DNA of 64,000 nucleotides from Neocallimastix sp. 'constans' (taxonomy: Eukaryota): contig JBODTK010000154.1 of NCBI GenBank assembly GCA_050613775.1, positions 186,001 to 250,000 of the forward strand. Reading direction: 5' to 3'. Each line of letters starts with the position of its first letter. The first letter of the stretch is position 1. The notes under the pieces are model-generated. The model was not told the DNA's origin. It made no database searches and saw only the letters and a list, made by a program, of their open reading frames with translations. The translations under genes were made by a program, and so were the position numbers. Positions 1-14,110 of the stretch are shown one piece after another.

Positions 1-510
1 TTTTCCTAAAATTGAACAATTCTATTAATTCTATCATTTAAAAAAGGTTATTCATTGAATTGGGATAGTTATCGTTATATTTTACTTTTTTAGATTTATA
101 AATTTTCTCAAAGAAATGTTATAATAAAATAATGAATACAATGGAATGTCCCAATATTTTATGTAATTTAAACAAAATAAAATATATAATTACAATAATA
201 CTTAAAAGAGTTAAAAGAACTCAAATCATTGATTCTGAATTGATTTACTTCATTTGTGATAGTTTTTATAATAGTAAGAAAGTTAACCAGTAGCATTTTA
301 TAAATGAAATAATCAAATTGAACACAGCATTAATACTATGTTATTGATTATTCAAATATATCTTAAACTGATAAATTCTATAAAATTAAATCATTTTGAT
401 GAATTTGATAATACATCATATGAACGTTAAACTTATTTTAATAGTTACTATGGATTTAATGCTATCATAAGACTAGCATTAGAAGATGTGAAGTTTCAAA
501 AAGAGTTTCA
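1..510. repeat. Intergenic block A, with copies at about 6714-7235, 14340-14845 and 21318-21775
   Basis: All four copies share strings such as caaatcattgattctg and aaacttattttaatagttactatggattt. Confidence 0.85.
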
Positions 511-1057
511 AAAAAAAAAAATAAAAAATAAAAAATAAAAATAAAAATAAAAATAAAAATAAAATAAAAAAAAAGTCTTTTGAATTATATTTTAAATCTT
601 TTATTTTTCCGTTTATCATTTTATCATTTTACTAATTTCATAATTTTTTATTTATTTCAATTTAAAAATATTTAAATATATAATATAAACTTTTTATATA
701 ACAACTCTAAATAAATATATTTTTTTTATAATTTTTTATTATAAATATTATATTGTAGTTTTTTTAAAAATTAATTCTATAAATAAATAATGATAAAGTA
801 TTCAGGCTCGTTTATTTCTTATTGGGAGAAGTTATATTACTTATTTATGTTAATTTATTAATATAATTTTATTTATTCATTTATTAATTTATTTTATAAT
901 TTATTATATATTTTATTAAATACTAAATTTTCGAAAAGTTGAATTTCGCGAATAATTAATAAATAGATAAATAAATAATAAAATAAACAAATAATAAATT
1001 TATTATAATATATTAATAAATAAAAAATTTATAAATAATAAATAATTAAATTAATTT

Positions 1058-1675
1058 ATAAAGTACGAAGTTCAGGTTCGGTTCTTTTAAGGTTTATTCT
1101 TTATTTGGGGGATATAATTTATGCTTTATAAAAATAATTTTATTTAAATTTTATTTATTTAAAAGAATTACATTTGCTTATCATTATTAAAAATGTAAAC
1201 TAACATTTATTATTAAAATTAATATTTATTTTCATATTTTGATCTCAAGAATTACACTAATCTACTATTTCTTATTCTTGGACAAAGAAATAAAACTATT
1301 TCTAATTATTTTTCTCTTTTATAATTATTATTATTAAAAATGTAAACTAACATTTATTCTTAAAATTAATATTTATTTTCATATTTTGATCTCAAGAATT
1401 ACACTAATCTACTATTTCTTATTCTTGGACAAAGAAATAAAACTATTTCTAATTATTTTTCTCTTTTATAATTATTTACTATAATAAAGTTTTCCTATAT
1501 TAAAGTATAAATATTAATTTACTTTCATTAATGTTAAATAATAAAAATATATAAATTAATTTCTAATAAGAAATACAATAAAAACTAGATTAATACATAA
1601 ATTTATGCTTTTACTACATTTCTTAATTAACATAAATTTATTATTAATTAGAGTTTTTATTTCTATTTCATATCA
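1058..1675. repeat. Intergenic block B, with copies at about 7289-7760 and 22729-23210; this copy has an internal ~147-bp tandem duplication
   Basis: Shared start aaagtacgaagttcaggttcggttcttttaagg; 1184-1330 is repeated at 1331-1477. Confidence 0.85.
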
Positions 1676-2009
1676 TAATGTTTTTTATTTTATTATATAT
1701 AAAGTAACTAATAATATTAGATATATTTTTCTTTTCATATATTATTAAATCAATGAATAAAAATAATAATTATAATAATAAAATTTAATAATAAGTATTA
1801 ATTATTTATTATTCGAGAAATGAAACTTTAAATATCTAAATATTAAATATTAAAAAAATGAAATAATTTTAAAAAGGATTTTCATATAACTATATATTTA
1901 AAAAATCAATATAAAATAAAAAATAAGCTAAATTTTCAATTATTCAATATTATTAAAAATATTTAATTATATAAAATTTAAATAAAAATAACTAAAAATA
2001 TTTAACAAA

Positions 2010-2428
2010 ATGGAGGAACTAAAAATAGATTTTAGTGAATCTAATAGAGGAAAAGAGCAAATAATTATTAATAAAAAATATAATTATTTTTATATTTTTT
2101 CTGAACACCATCATATTAAAATATGATGGTGTTCATAATCATTTCGAACAGGAATATAATGCCGCTCTATCATTAACAAAATATAAAATATAAAACGTAT
2201 AAAACGTGTGATATAATATTTTTTTTAGTGTGTTAATTCTAATGTATATTTATTATTATTATATATTTATATAATTTATTATATATATATATTTTTTTAT
2301 AAAAATTTAATTTTAAATTCATTTATTTATTTATACATACCATTTATTAGTTTTATTAATAATTTTTTAAAAAAAATTGCGAAATGCAACTTTTTCGAAA
2401 TGAAAATTTTCGAAATGTCTCACACTCC
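2010..2428 (+). mobile_element. Internally deleted Mutator-like DNA transposon remnant (FLYWCH-like N-terminus plus right TIR)
   Basis: Reads MEELKIDFSESNRGKEQIIINKKYNY ... LKYDGVHNHFE, resembling the first and last parts of a FLYWCH finger. CGAAATG repeats ending in CACTCC at 2378-2428 resemble the MITE end at 30192. Confidence 0.6.
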
Positions 2429-3515
2429 TAAATTTTATAAATTCATATCATATTATTAAACTACTTTTATTAATAAAAACACATTTTGATTATGACAATA
2501 ACACTACTATTACAATTACAAATTATTACATTGCAAAGAATAAAAATAAAAAAAAAGTATTCTTTGCATATAATTCTCTTTAATTATAAACTATTTTAAA
2601 ATGATAATTAATTATTTAGTTAAAATATTATAAAAAGTATAATATAAATAATAAAAAATTTATAATAATTATTTATTATATTTTTTTATATTTTTATATA
2701 ATTAAAACTTAATTTATAAATTATTTATATATTTACATAACATAAAATTTATGTTATAAAATTTATGATTACATTAATTTTATGTATTTTTACAAAATTT
2801 ATGATATCACATAAATTTATTTTATATTATGTGATTTTTAGATCAACTAATAAATCATATGATAATAAATCAAGTGATAATTTAATGTTGATTTATTTTT
2901 ATGTAATTATTAACAATATAATTTATTTATAATTAAAGTTTTTATTTTCAGTATCAATAATTATTTTAATGTAATTATATTTATTATAAAATTAATTAAA
3001 GAATGTTATTAATAATAATAATCTGTATTGTGTAAGTAATTAATTCCCTGGAAATAATTCTAAATACTATTGTTTTAAATAGAATTTAATAAAAAATGTT
3101 TCATTGTGTCATGTTAAATAAATTAAATAATAATTAAGCAACTAAAAGACAATTTAATTTCCGAAATGTTAATTAAAATATATTATGTGTGAAACAAAAA
3201 AAAAAAAAAAAAAAAAACAATGATTATATAAAATAATATAAACATTATTTAATAAAATTCATAGAAATAATAAATTTTAATTTATATTAATTTAAAAATG
3301 TCTATCATTTTATATAAATTCTATTTATATAATATCATGTCATATATTAATATTTATATTCAATATATATATATTTATTTTTTTAAAAATATGTAATTTA
3401 TTTGATATTAAAAATATGAAATGTTTCTTAGTTATTATTATTAATTAATTTATATTTTTATTGTTATTACTAATAATATTGTTATTATTCTAAATATATT
3501 TTATTAAAAAAAATG

Positions 3516-3614
3516 TATAAAAGGTGTGTTTTTTTCTTCATTTCTTCAATTCAATATAATAATTAAATAATAGAATTATTATTATAAAAGAAAATTTTCT
3601 CTGGAAGAAAATTT
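3516..3614 (+). promoter_or_regulatory. TATA box plus CNGGN-loop hairpin upstream of GH6 copy 1
   Basis: TATAAAAGG at 3516, TCAATTCAA at 3546, and stem AAATTTTCT/AGAAAATTT (3592-3614) around loop CTGGA (3601-3605). Confidence 0.7.
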
Positions 3615-3696
3615 AAAAATATATATATATACATTTATAAATTTAATCTTATATACTCAAAAATATAAAATTTTAATTAAAAAGCAAACAATAAAA

Positions 3697-5160
3697 ATGA
3701 AGGCTTCTATTGTTTTATCTGCTCTTACTGCTTTTACTCTTAAGGCTTCTGCTGATTGCTTCTCTACCAGATTAGGTTATCCATGTTGTTCTGGAAATGA
3801 CGTTGTTTACACCGACAATGATGGTAAATGGGGTGTAGAAAATGGTAACTGGTGTGGTATTGCTGATACTCCATCTTCAGCTGCTTGCTGGTCCCTTTCT
3901 CAAGGTTACCCATGCTGTTCCTCTTCAAATGCTGAAGTTTGGTACACTGATGCCTCAGGTAAATGGGGTGTTGAAAATGGAGACTGGTGTGGTATTCCAA
4001 CTGGTTCTACTGGTGGCAGTAATGATGATATTGATGTTACTCCAGGTGAACAATTCACTCACAATGGTAATCCATTTGCTAATAAGGAATTCTATATTAA
4101 TCCATATTATGTTAAAGAAGTCGAAGGTGCCATTGCTCAAATGTCAGATTCTTCCCTTATTGCTAAGGCTGAAAAGATGAAGACTTTCTCTAATGCTATC
4201 TGGCTTGATTCTATCAAAAACATGCAAAGTTGGTTAGAATCAAATTTGAAAGGTGCTCTTGCTCAACAAAACGCCTCTGGTAAAGATGTTTTAACTGTTT
4301 TCGTCGTTTACGATTTACCAGGTCGTGATTGTCACGCTCTTGCTTCTAATGGTGAACTTCTTGCTAACGATGGTGATTTTACTCGTTACAAGTCTGAATA
4401 CATTGATGTCATTGAAGGTCACTTAAAGACTTACAAATCTCAACCAGTTGTTCTTATTGTTGAACCAGATTCACTTGCTAACATGGTTACCAATCTTGAT
4501 TCCACTCCAGCATGTCGTGATTCTGAAAAGTATTACATGGATGGCCATGCTTACTTAATTAAGAAGTTTGGTGTTCTTCCACATGTTGCTATGTATCTTG
4601 ATATTGGTCACGCCTTCTGGTTAGGTTGGGATGACAACCGTGAAAAGGCTGGTAAGGTTTATGCCAAGGTTATCAGCTCTGGTGCTCCAGGTAAGGTTCG
4701 TGGTTTCACTGATAATGTTGCTAACTACACTCCATGGGAAGATCCAACTCTTTCTCGTGGACCAGAAACCGAATGGAACCCATGTCCAGATGAAAAGAGA
4801 TACTTACAAGCTATTCAAAAGGACTTCAAGTCAGCTGGTATTCAATCAGTTTACTTCGTTTGTGATACTTCTCGTAATGGTAAGAAGGTTGACCGTAAGC
4901 ACCCAGGAGAATGGTGTAACCAAACTGGAGTTGGTATTGGAGCCAGACCACAAGCTAGTCCAGTTTCTGGTATGGAATACCTTGATGCTTTCTACTGGAT
5001 TAAGCCACTTGGTGAATCTGATGGTACCTCTGATGAATCTGCAGCTCGTTTCGATGGTTACTGTGGTCATGAAACCGCTATGAAGCCAGCTCCAGAAGCC
5101 GGTCAATGGTTCCAAAAGCACTTTGAACAAGGTATTAAGAATGCTAACCCACCACTTTAA
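3697..5160 (+). CDS. cel6A: GH6 cellobiohydrolase with signal peptide and two N-terminal fungal dockerin (CBM10-like) domains, copy 1
   Basis: 487 aa intronless ORF. Hydrophobic N-terminus, two C-x5-GYPCC...[15 protein letters not shown] modules, and GH6 motifs [17 protein letters not shown] (catalytic acid), DTSRNG, GEWCN and [10 protein letters not shown]. The symbol is by resemblance to Piromyces Cel6A; orthology was not tested. Confidence 0.95.
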   Translation: MKASIVLSALTAFTLKASADCFSTRLGYPCCSGNDVVYTDNDGKWGVENGNWCGIADTPSSAACWSLSQGYPCCSSSNAEVWYTDASGKWGVENGDWCGIPTGSTGGSNDDIDVTPGEQFTHNGNPFANKEFYINPYYVKEVEGAIAQMSDSSLIAKAEKMKTFSNAIWLDSIKNMQSWLESNLKGALAQQNASGKDVLTVFVVYDLPGRDCHALASNGELLANDGDFTRYKSEYIDVIEGHLKTYKSQPVVLIVEPDSLANMVTNLDSTPACRDSEKYYMDGHAYLIKKFGVLPHVAMYLDIGHAFWLGWDDNREKAGKVYAKVISSGAPGKVRGFTDNVANYTPWEDPTLSRGPETEWNPCPDEKRYLQAIQKDFKSAGIQSVYFVCDTSRNGKKVDRKHPGEWCNQTGVGIGARPQASPVSGMEYLDAFYWIKPLGESDGTSDESAARFDGYCGHETAMKPAPEAGQWFQKHFEQGIKNANPPL

Positions 5161-5935
5161 ATTGATGATTCAAATTAATAAAATATTTAATTAAACATTA
5201 ACTGTTAACTAAAAAAGTATTAAAAGTGCTAAAAAAAAAAAATAATAAATTGTCAAAAAAAAAAAAAAAACAAATAAAATAAAATAAAAAAGAAATTAAA
5301 AGAATAGTCGAAAAATAACTAATGCTTAGATTTACATAATATATATAGTGATTATTTTCTAATTATAGGAATTCTACACTATTAAATATTGTCTATTAAA
5401 AAATATAAATAAAAAATAATATTTTAATATTATAATTAAAATTAATATTAATATATTAATAAGTTAATAATAAATAATAAAATTAAAAGTCATGTAATTT
5501 TATTCGTTTAAATCAATAAATTAAAAAAAAGCTATATATTTAATTAATTTTATTTATTATTGGAATTTTATTGATAATAATGGAATATATGTATCAATAG
5601 TGAATAATTATTCTTTCTTTTTTTTTTTATATATATATATTTTATAAAGTTGTATTGTTTTTAATAAATTTATTATAATTATAAGTATTTGTATTTACAT
5701 ACATTTTTAATCTATTTCATAAAATAGTATTTAAAATTTAGTTAAAAATATTTAATATATAATGATACTTTTTTTAGAATTTTTAAAAACATAATTTTAT
5801 TTATATTAAAAAAATAATAATATTATTATTTTTTATTTAATTTTTATTATTATCAATATAATTATTTATTCATCTATTTATTTATTATTATTATTATAAT
5901 TATTATAATTGTTAAAATAATTATGAACTATTAAT

Positions 5936-6248
5936 CTATTTCTACGAAGGGTGAATCTCGCCCTAGTAGTTCAATAAATGATGAATCCGGGGAGAGTTTA
6001 GTGGACACCCCACTCTCTATTTTAAAGATGTTACTTCTAGGTTTTATTTCTTTTTTATTTGTTAGGAAGGGAAAAATTCTCGTATAGTACAACTTGCCGA
6101 AATACATAGTATTTTTGAGTTTTTTTATTTTTTATTTTTTAACTTTTATTATATTTTAATTTAAAATGTACTTTTCATCAACATGTATTTTTTATAATAA
6201 AATTAATAAAGTTAAGGAAATTATTCTCTTCCCTGTCTAAAAAAAAAA
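5936..6248 (+). mobile_element. Short retroposed insertion (LINE 3' UTR fragment) with poly-A tail
   Basis: Absent at the paralogous site near 18250. Flanked by TATTAAT direct repeats (5929-5935, 6249-6255) and ends ...gtct followed by an A run. Shares atgttacttct..gttttattt with the element at ~62590. Confidence 0.7.
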
Positions 6249-8431
6249 TATTAATTATTTTATTTACTCAATAATATTAGTATATATATATAATTTTTAT
6301 TTATTATATTTATTTTTATTTTTATTTTTATTTTTATTTTTATTTTTTTTTTATTTTTTTTTAAATTATAATTATCTAAAACCATGAAAGAAATTAAAAT
6401 ATTTAAATTACATATGAAATTGAATATGAAATATATATATATATATGAGTATCTGTATATTATTATTAAATCAAGAAATCATGTATGAATTAAAATTATG
6501 TAAATCTTTTGTATGAAAAATAAATAATAACTAAAAATATATATAATAATAATTGTTAATTTATATATACATAGAAAAAAAAAATAATAAAACATAAAAA
6601 AATAAAATATTGCTCATAAAATAGATTTTTATTTTTTTATTTTTTAACTAATCTTATTTTATTTTATTGTTTGTTTGTCCTTTTTTTTTCACATTATCAA
6701 TATAAAATAATTCTTTTCCTAAAATTAAACAATTCTATTAATTCTATCATTTAGAAAAAGTTATTCATTGAATTGGGATAATTATCATTATATCTTACTT
6801 TTTAGATTTTATGTTTTCTCAATGAAATTAGATTGTACCTGTTATAATAAAATAATGAATATATTGGAATAATCCAATATTTTACGTAATTTAAACAAAA
6901 TAAAATATATAATTACATTAATACTTAATAGAGTTAAAAGAACTCAAATCATTGATTCTGGTTTGATTTACTTCATTTGTGATAGTTTTTATAATAGTAA
7001 AAAAGTTAACCAATAGCATTTTATAAATGAAATAATCAAATTGAGCACAGCATTAATACTATGTTACTGGTTATTCAAATATATCTTAAGCTGATAAATT
7101 CTATAAAATTAAATCATTTGATGAATTTGATAATACATCATATGAAAGTTAAACTTATTTTAATAGTTACTATGGATTTGATGCTATCATAAGACTAGCA
7201 TTAGAAGATGTAAAGTTTCAAAAAGAATTTCAAAAAATAAAAAAAAATCTTTTATTTTTCCATTATAACATTTTATTATTTTACCAATTGATAAAGTACG
7301 AAGTTCAGGTTCGGTTCTTTTAAGGTTTGTTCTTTAAATGGTGATATAATTTATATGTTTTATAATAATTATTTTATTTAAATTTTATTTATTTAGAAGA
7401 ATTATATTTATTTATCATTATTTAAAATGTAAACTAACATTTATTCTTAAAATTAATATTTATTTTCATATTTTGATCTCAAGAATTACTATAATCTATT
7501 TTTTATTATTCTTGGACAGATAACTAAATTATTTCTTAGTATTTTTCTCTTTTATAATTATTTACTATAATAAAGTTTTCCTATATTAAAGTATAAATAT
7601 TAATTTACTTTCATTAATGTTAAATAATAAAAATATATAAATTAATTTCTAATATAAATACAATAAAAACTAGATTAATACATAAACTTATGTATTTACT
7701 ACATTTCTTAATTAACATAAATTTATTATTAATTAGAGTTTTTATTTCTATTTCATATCACAATTTAATAATTTTTAATTTATTTCAATTTAAAAATATA
7801 TAAAATATATAATATAAACTTTTTATATAACAACTCTAAATAAATATATATTTTTATTTTTTATTATAAATATTATATTGTAGTTTTTAAAAATTAATTC
7901 TATAAATTATAAAATTAATTAAAAAATGTTATTAACAATAATAATCTATATTATGTAAGTAATTAATTCCCTGGAAATAATTCTAAATACTATTGTTTTA
8001 AATAGAGTTTAATAAAAAATTATTTCATTGTGCCATGTTAAATAAATTAAATAATAATTAAGCAACTAAAGACAATTTAATTTCCGAAATCCTAATTAAA
8101 ATATATTTTGAGTGAAACAAAAAAAAAAAAAAAACAATGATTATATAAAATAATATAAACATTATTTAATAAAATTCATAGAAATAATAAATTTTAAAAT
8201 ATATTAATTAAAAATGTCTATTATTTTATATAAATTCTATTTATATAATATCATGTCATATATTAAAATTTATATTCAATATATATATATTTATTTTTTT
8301 AAAAATATGTAATTTATTTGATATTAAAAATATGAAATGTTTTTTAGTTATTATTATTAATTAATTTATATTTTTATTGTTATTACTAATAATATTGTTA
8401 TTATTCTAAATATATTATATTAAAAAAAATG

Positions 8432-8530
8432 TATAAAAGGTGTGTTTTTTTCTTCATTTCTTCAATTCAATATAATAATTAAATAATAGAATTATTATTA
8501 TAAAAGAAAATTTTCTCTGGAAGAAAATTT
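8432..8530 (+). promoter_or_regulatory. TATA box plus CNGGN-loop hairpin upstream of GH6 copy 2
   Basis: TATAAAAGG at 8432; 9-bp stem at 8508-8530 with loop CTGGA at 8517-8521. Confidence 0.7.
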
Positions 8531-8613
8531 AAAAATATATATATATACATTTATAAATTTAATCTTATATACTTAAAAATATAAAATTTTAATTAAAAAG
8601 AAAACAATAAAAA

Positions 8614-10083
8614 ATGAAGGCTTCTATTGTTTTATCTGCTCTTACTGCTTTTACTCTTAAGGCTTCTGCTGATTGCTTCTCTACCAGATTAGGTTATCCA
8701 TGTTGTTCTGGAAATGACGTTGTTTACACCGACAATGATGGTAAATGGGGTGTAGAAAATGGTAACTGGTGTGGTATTGCTGATACTCCATCTTCAGCTG
8801 CTTGCTGGTCCCTTTCTCAAGGTTACCCATGCTGTTCTTCTTCAAATGCTGAAGTTTGGTACACTGATGCTTCAGGTAAATGGGGTGTTGAAAATGGAGA
8901 CTGGTGTGGTATTCCAACTGGTTCTGGTAGCACTGGTGGCAATAATGATGATATTGATGTTACTCCAGGTGAACAATTCACTCATAATGGTAATCCATTT
9001 GCTAATAAGGAATTCTATATTAATCCATACTATGTTAAAGAAGTCGAAGGTGCCATTGCTCAAATGTCAGATTCTTCCCTTATTGCTAAGGCTGAAAAGA
9101 TGAAGACTTTCTCTAATGCTATCTGGCTTGATTCTATCAAAAACATGCAAAGTTGGTTAGAATCAAATTTGAAAGGTGCTCTTGCTCAACAAAATGCTTC
9201 TGGTAAAGATGTTTTAACTGTTTTCGTCGTTTACGATTTACCAGGTCGTGATTGTCACGCTCTTGCTTCTAATGGTGAACTTCTTGCTAACGATGGTGAT
9301 TTTACTCGTTACAAGTCTGAATACATTGATGTCATTGAAGGTCACTTAAAGACTTACAAATCTCAACCAGTTGTTCTTATTGTTGAACCAGATTCACTTG
9401 CTAACATGGTTACCAATCTTGATTCCACTCCAGCATGTCGTGATTCTGAAAAGTATTACATGGATGGCCATGCTTACTTAATTAAGAAGTTTGGTGTTCT
9501 TCCACATGTTGCTATGTATCTTGATATTGGTCACGCCTTCTGGTTAGGTTGGGATGACAACCGTGAAAAGGCTGGTAAGGTTTATGCCAAGGTTATCAGC
9601 TCTGGTGCTCCAGGTAAGGTTCGTGGTTTCACTGATAATGTTGCTAACTACACTCCATGGGAAGATCCAACTCTTTCTCGTGGACCAGAAACCGAATGGA
9701 ACCCATGTCCAGATGAAAAGAGATACTTACAAGCTATTCAAAAGGACTTCAAGTCAGCTGGTATTCAATCAGTTTACTTCGTTTGTGATACTTCTCGTAA
9801 CGGTAAGAAGGTTGACCGTAAGCACCCAGGAGAATGGTGTAACCAAACTGGAGTTGGTATTGGAGCCAGACCACAAGCCAGTCCAGTTTCTGGTATGGAA
9901 TACCTTGATGCTTTCTACTGGATTAAGCCACTTGGTGAATCTGATGGTACTTCTGATGAATCTGCAGCTCGTTTCGATGGTTACTGTGGTCATGAAACCG
10001 CTATGAAGCCAGCTCCAGAAGCCGGTCAATGGTTCCAAAAGCACTTTGAACAAGGTATTAAGAATGCTAACCCACCACTTTAA
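8614..10083 (+). CDS. cel6A: Double-dockerin GH6 cellobiohydrolase, copy 2
   Basis: 489 aa. The protein differs from copy 1 only in the linker ([12 protein letters not shown] vs [10 protein letters not shown]). Confidence 0.95.
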   Translation: MKASIVLSALTAFTLKASADCFSTRLGYPCCSGNDVVYTDNDGKWGVENGNWCGIADTPSSAACWSLSQGYPCCSSSNAEVWYTDASGKWGVENGDWCGIPTGSGSTGGNNDDIDVTPGEQFTHNGNPFANKEFYINPYYVKEVEGAIAQMSDSSLIAKAEKMKTFSNAIWLDSIKNMQSWLESNLKGALAQQNASGKDVLTVFVVYDLPGRDCHALASNGELLANDGDFTRYKSEYIDVIEGHLKTYKSQPVVLIVEPDSLANMVTNLDSTPACRDSEKYYMDGHAYLIKKFGVLPHVAMYLDIGHAFWLGWDDNREKAGKVYAKVISSGAPGKVRGFTDNVANYTPWEDPTLSRGPETEWNPCPDEKRYLQAIQKDFKSAGIQSVYFVCDTSRNGKKVDRKHPGEWCNQTGVGIGARPQASPVSGMEYLDAFYWIKPLGESDGTSDESAARFDGYCGHETAMKPAPEAGQWFQKHFEQGIKNANPPL

Positions 10084-10650
10084 ATTGATGATTCAAATTA
10101 ATAAAATATTTAATTAATCATTAACTGTTAACTAAAAAAAAAGTATTAAAAGTGCTAAAAAAAAAATAATAAATTGTCAAAGAAAAAAAAAATAAAATAA
10201 AATAAAGAAAGAAATTAAAAGAATAGTCGAAAAATAACTAATGCTTAGATTTACATAATATATATAGTGATTATTTTCTAATTATAGGAATTTTACACTA
10301 TTAAATATTGTCTATTAATAAAAATATAAATAAAAAATAATATTTTAATATTATAATTAAAATTAATATTAATATATTAATAAGTTAATAATAAATGATA
10401 AAATTATAACTCATGTAATTTTATTCACTTTAATAAATAAAAAAAAAACAATAAAAAATAAAAAAGAATGATATGTTATAATTTATTTTTTTTAATTTTG
10501 GAATTTTATTAATATAATAAATTATATGTATAAGTAATAATTATTTTTTCCTTTTTTTTTCTTTTTTTATTTTATGAAGTTGTATTGTTTTTAATAAACT
10601 TATAATAGTTTAATAGGAAAGTTTAATTTAAATATATGTATGTACATATT

Positions 10651-13296
10651 ACTATTCCTAAAAAATTATGATCAATCTGATTGTGACAATTATCTAGCAT
10701 CTCTCTGAATAATGGTATAAAACTTGTTTCGAAAATAGTCTCCAAAAGAATTTCGGAATATGGACTTAAAAATAATTTTATTAGGCCAGAGCAATTTGGA
10801 TTTCGTAATAAAGAAGAAAGTATTAATTGATTTATTTCAATTCGAAAAATTTGTCAAAGGCGTAAAAATAATAATAAAGAAACTTACCTTGCTTTTCTAG
10901 ATTTAAAAAAGGCATATAATTCTGTTCCAATAGGTAATATTTTATATAAATTAGATACTTTAGGTATTAGAGGTAAATGTTATCAATTTATAAAAAATCT
11001 ATATTTGACTTCCAAAGCCAGTGTTAAAATTGATGATCAATATTCGGAATCTTTTAATATTATGAAAGGAGTTAGACAAGGTTGTCCACTATCACCATTT
11101 CTTTTCAATCTATTTATTAATGACATTTTTAATGATTTTTCAGAACTTGGAATTCCTTTAGGCGAATCTAGATGTTGTGGTGGACTCTTTGCAGATGATA
11201 TTGTTTTATGCGCACCGTCAAGAACTAAGTTAAAAAAAATGCTTAAGAAGGTAAATGAATGGGCTAAATTTAATATAATGAATTTTAGAATTAACAAGTG
11301 TGCAACGATGGTGATTCGACCAGACACACCTCTTTTTCAAAATGAAAGAGATCCTACTTTTTATCTTGCTGGTCAACCAATCCCAATAACTAAATGTTAT
11401 ACCTCTTTAGGTATACCATTTGATAAAAGCTTATCGTTGAACCCTATTATTAAATTACTTAACTCTAAAGTTACTAAAACTCTCTTTTCTGTAAGTAAAT
11501 TTCTTTTAAATTCCAAGATTCCTATTCCATTTAAGAAGATTATTATTAACTCCTATGTACTTAGTAAAGTCTCTTACTTTGAACCTTTACTTGGTTCAAA
11601 TAAAGCGAGAACAAATAATACTCAGAAATTAATTAATAAAGGATTAAGATGGATTGCAGATTTACAAAAAGCCAAATCTTTTATTAATGTATATTCAATT
11701 TCAAAAGATTTAAATATTCCTCCATTGTCAGCTAAGTGTTCTTTGTCTCAAGTCAAATATTTTAATAAATTGAAAGATTCAGTTTGAATTATTTTTTATT
11801 TAGTTAATAATATTCCAAAATCTAGAAAATATACATGGACGAAAGGAAGTAGAACTCTTAAAGTAAACTAGAGAAAAGAGGTAATTACGATAATAAAATC
11901 AAGGATTTTTATTGGAAAAGAGATATGAAAATCAATTCTATTAAAGCTGAATTTTATGACAAAAACAGATTCGAAGAAACATCAAATTTTTATTAAACTT
12001 TGTTATGAATATCCTGATCTTTCATATGGTTTTTATTGGCTATTGAGAGCACGAAGCGGATATAGATTAGATGCTAGAATTGCTAAAGCTGCGAAAATAA
12101 TAGATCAAATGTGTCCTAATTTTTGTTCCTGTTGTAAAAGAAATAAATAATGGATAAGGCATTTGTTAATTGAATATCCATTTTTCAATCATATTCGTAG
12201 TAAAGTTAATGATAAAATTTTATTTTTATATAATGCTTTTAACCATGGCAACCTAACAAATGATATTATTAATAGTAATAATGATAATAGCAACAGTAAT
12301 AATAGCAACAGTAATAATAGTAATAGTAATAATAGTAATAGTAATAATAGTAATAGTAATAATAGTAATAGTAATAATAGTAATAGTAATAATAGTAATA
12401 GTAATAATAGTAATAGTAATAATAGTAATAGTAATAATAGTAATAGTAATAATAGTAATAGTATTAATAGTAATAGTAATAATAGTTATATTAATATTAG
12501 TAATAGTATTTTTAGTAATGGTAGTAATAGTATTGAAAATAATGTGTATATTGATTCTAGTATGTGTGAAAAAGTGTTTAATTTCCTTCTTGGAGGTCGA
12601 AGTATTAATAACAGTACAAGGGAATGGAAGGATCTATTTAAATGCCAGATGAAATCAGGTGCTTATTCTGATACTCCATTCTTGGTGGTTACTGCGGCTC
12701 TTCTTCAATCGATTATACCTATTGGTATTGGCCAGCAATGGTCTTTGTTCAATAGGTTCAAATCGAATTCTACTACTACTACCAAGAGCGTCAATGCTGT
12801 AAGACAGGCCAACAGGGCTAGCGCAACCAATGAAGATCATAATTTTGTATCTTAAAATTATAATTAACATTGCGAAGTCAAATTTAATTATTATACTACA
12901 GTATAATAATGCCCTTGCGAAATCTTACAGATATTAATTAAATGAAACTAGAATATTATATACCATTATTTATTTTATTTTATTTTATTTATTTTATTTT
13001 ATTTTATTTATTTTATTTTATTTTATTTTATTTTATTTTATTTTATTTTATTTTATTTTATTTTATTTTATTTTATTTTATTTTATTTTATTTTATTTTA
13101 TTTTATTTTATTTTATTTTATTTTATTTTATTTTATTTTATTTTATTTTATTTTATTTTATTTTATTTTATTTTATTTTATTTTATTTTATTTTATTTTA
13201 TTTTATTTTATTTTATTTTATTTTATTTTATTTTATTTTATTTTATTTTATTTTATTTTATTTTATTTTATTTTATTTTATTTTATTTTATTTTTT
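10651..13296 (+). mobile_element. 5'-truncated, degenerate non-LTR retrotransposon (LINE ORF2 RT and C-terminus) with (TTTTA)n tail
   Basis: RT motifs EQFGFR, LAFLDLKKAYNSV, GVRQGCPLSPFLF and LFADD; C-terminal Cys/His cluster CPNFCSCC..H; stops and frameshifts; about 325 bp of (TTTTA)n at 12966-13290. Confidence 0.93.
12289..12490 (+). repeat. (AATAGTAAT)n coding microsatellite (Asn-Ser-Asn) inside LINE ORF2
   Basis: A 9-bp period is directly visible. Confidence 0.9.
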
Positions 13297-13839
13297 AAAT
13301 TATAATTATCTAAAACCATGAAAGAAATTAAAATATTTAAATTACATATGAAAATGAAAATGATATATATACATATATATTAGTATCATATTATTATTAA
13401 ATCAAGAAATCAAGTATGAATTAAAATTATTTAAAATCTTTTAATCTTTAATATGAAAAATAAATAAAAACTAAAAAAAAATAAAAAATTATAAATATAC
13501 TCAGGATATAAATTTAAATATATTTTTAATTTTATTTATTTATTTATTTTTTTATATTATGTATTAAAAAAAATTATAGAATTAATGCCTATCAAATATA
13601 TTGAATATAATAAGAAATAGTAACTTTTTCTATTAATGACCTCAATACTTGGTGTATATGATAATAAATTACGTATTAACATTATTTAAAAAGTTTAGTA
13701 AAATTATAATTTTTATTTATATTTTAATATGTATTAAGCATATATTAAATATAATATCTTTATTATTTTTATTATGAATATAAATTATGTACATAAATTT
13801 TGAAATTTAATCCATTAAATAATATATTATAAACTTAAT

Positions 13840-13952
13840 GGGGGAAGTGCATTTCGAAAAATTTCATTTCGGAAAGTCGCATTTTGGAAAATTCACATAA
13901 ATTTTTTTTTCTTTTTTTTGAAAAATTTCATTTCAAAAAGGTGCATTTCGCA
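13840..13952 (+). mobile_element. Left TIR fragment of the Mutator-like family
   Basis: GGGGAAGTGCATTTCG start with repeated CATTTC units, like the end at 29924. Absent from the paralogous segment near 20790. Confidence 0.6.
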
Positions 13953-14066
13953 AATTTTTAATAAATAGATAAATAAATAATAAAATAAATACATAATAAA
14001 ATTATTATATTATTTAAGAAAATAAAATAAAATAAAATAAAATAAAATAAAATAAAATAAAATAAA

Positions 14067-14110
<44 letters not shown>

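Noticed and set aside
3044..3053. TTCCCTGGAA upstream of copies 1-3 as a second CNGGN hairpin or a shared site
   Set aside because: No stem closes the CTGGA loop, the three copies are not independent, and only a loosely similar TTCCTTGGAA occurs near copy 6 at a different position.
3764..5130. Alternative-frame and antisense ORFs overlapping each GH6 gene (also in the other five copies)
   Set aside because: These are shadow ORFs produced by strong codon bias; they recur only because the host gene is duplicated.
12942..13298. 118-aa FYFIL ORF, and the poly-Y/poly-I ORFs at 29231-29554 and the ORFs at 51445-51999
   Set aside because: They are translations of simple repeats.
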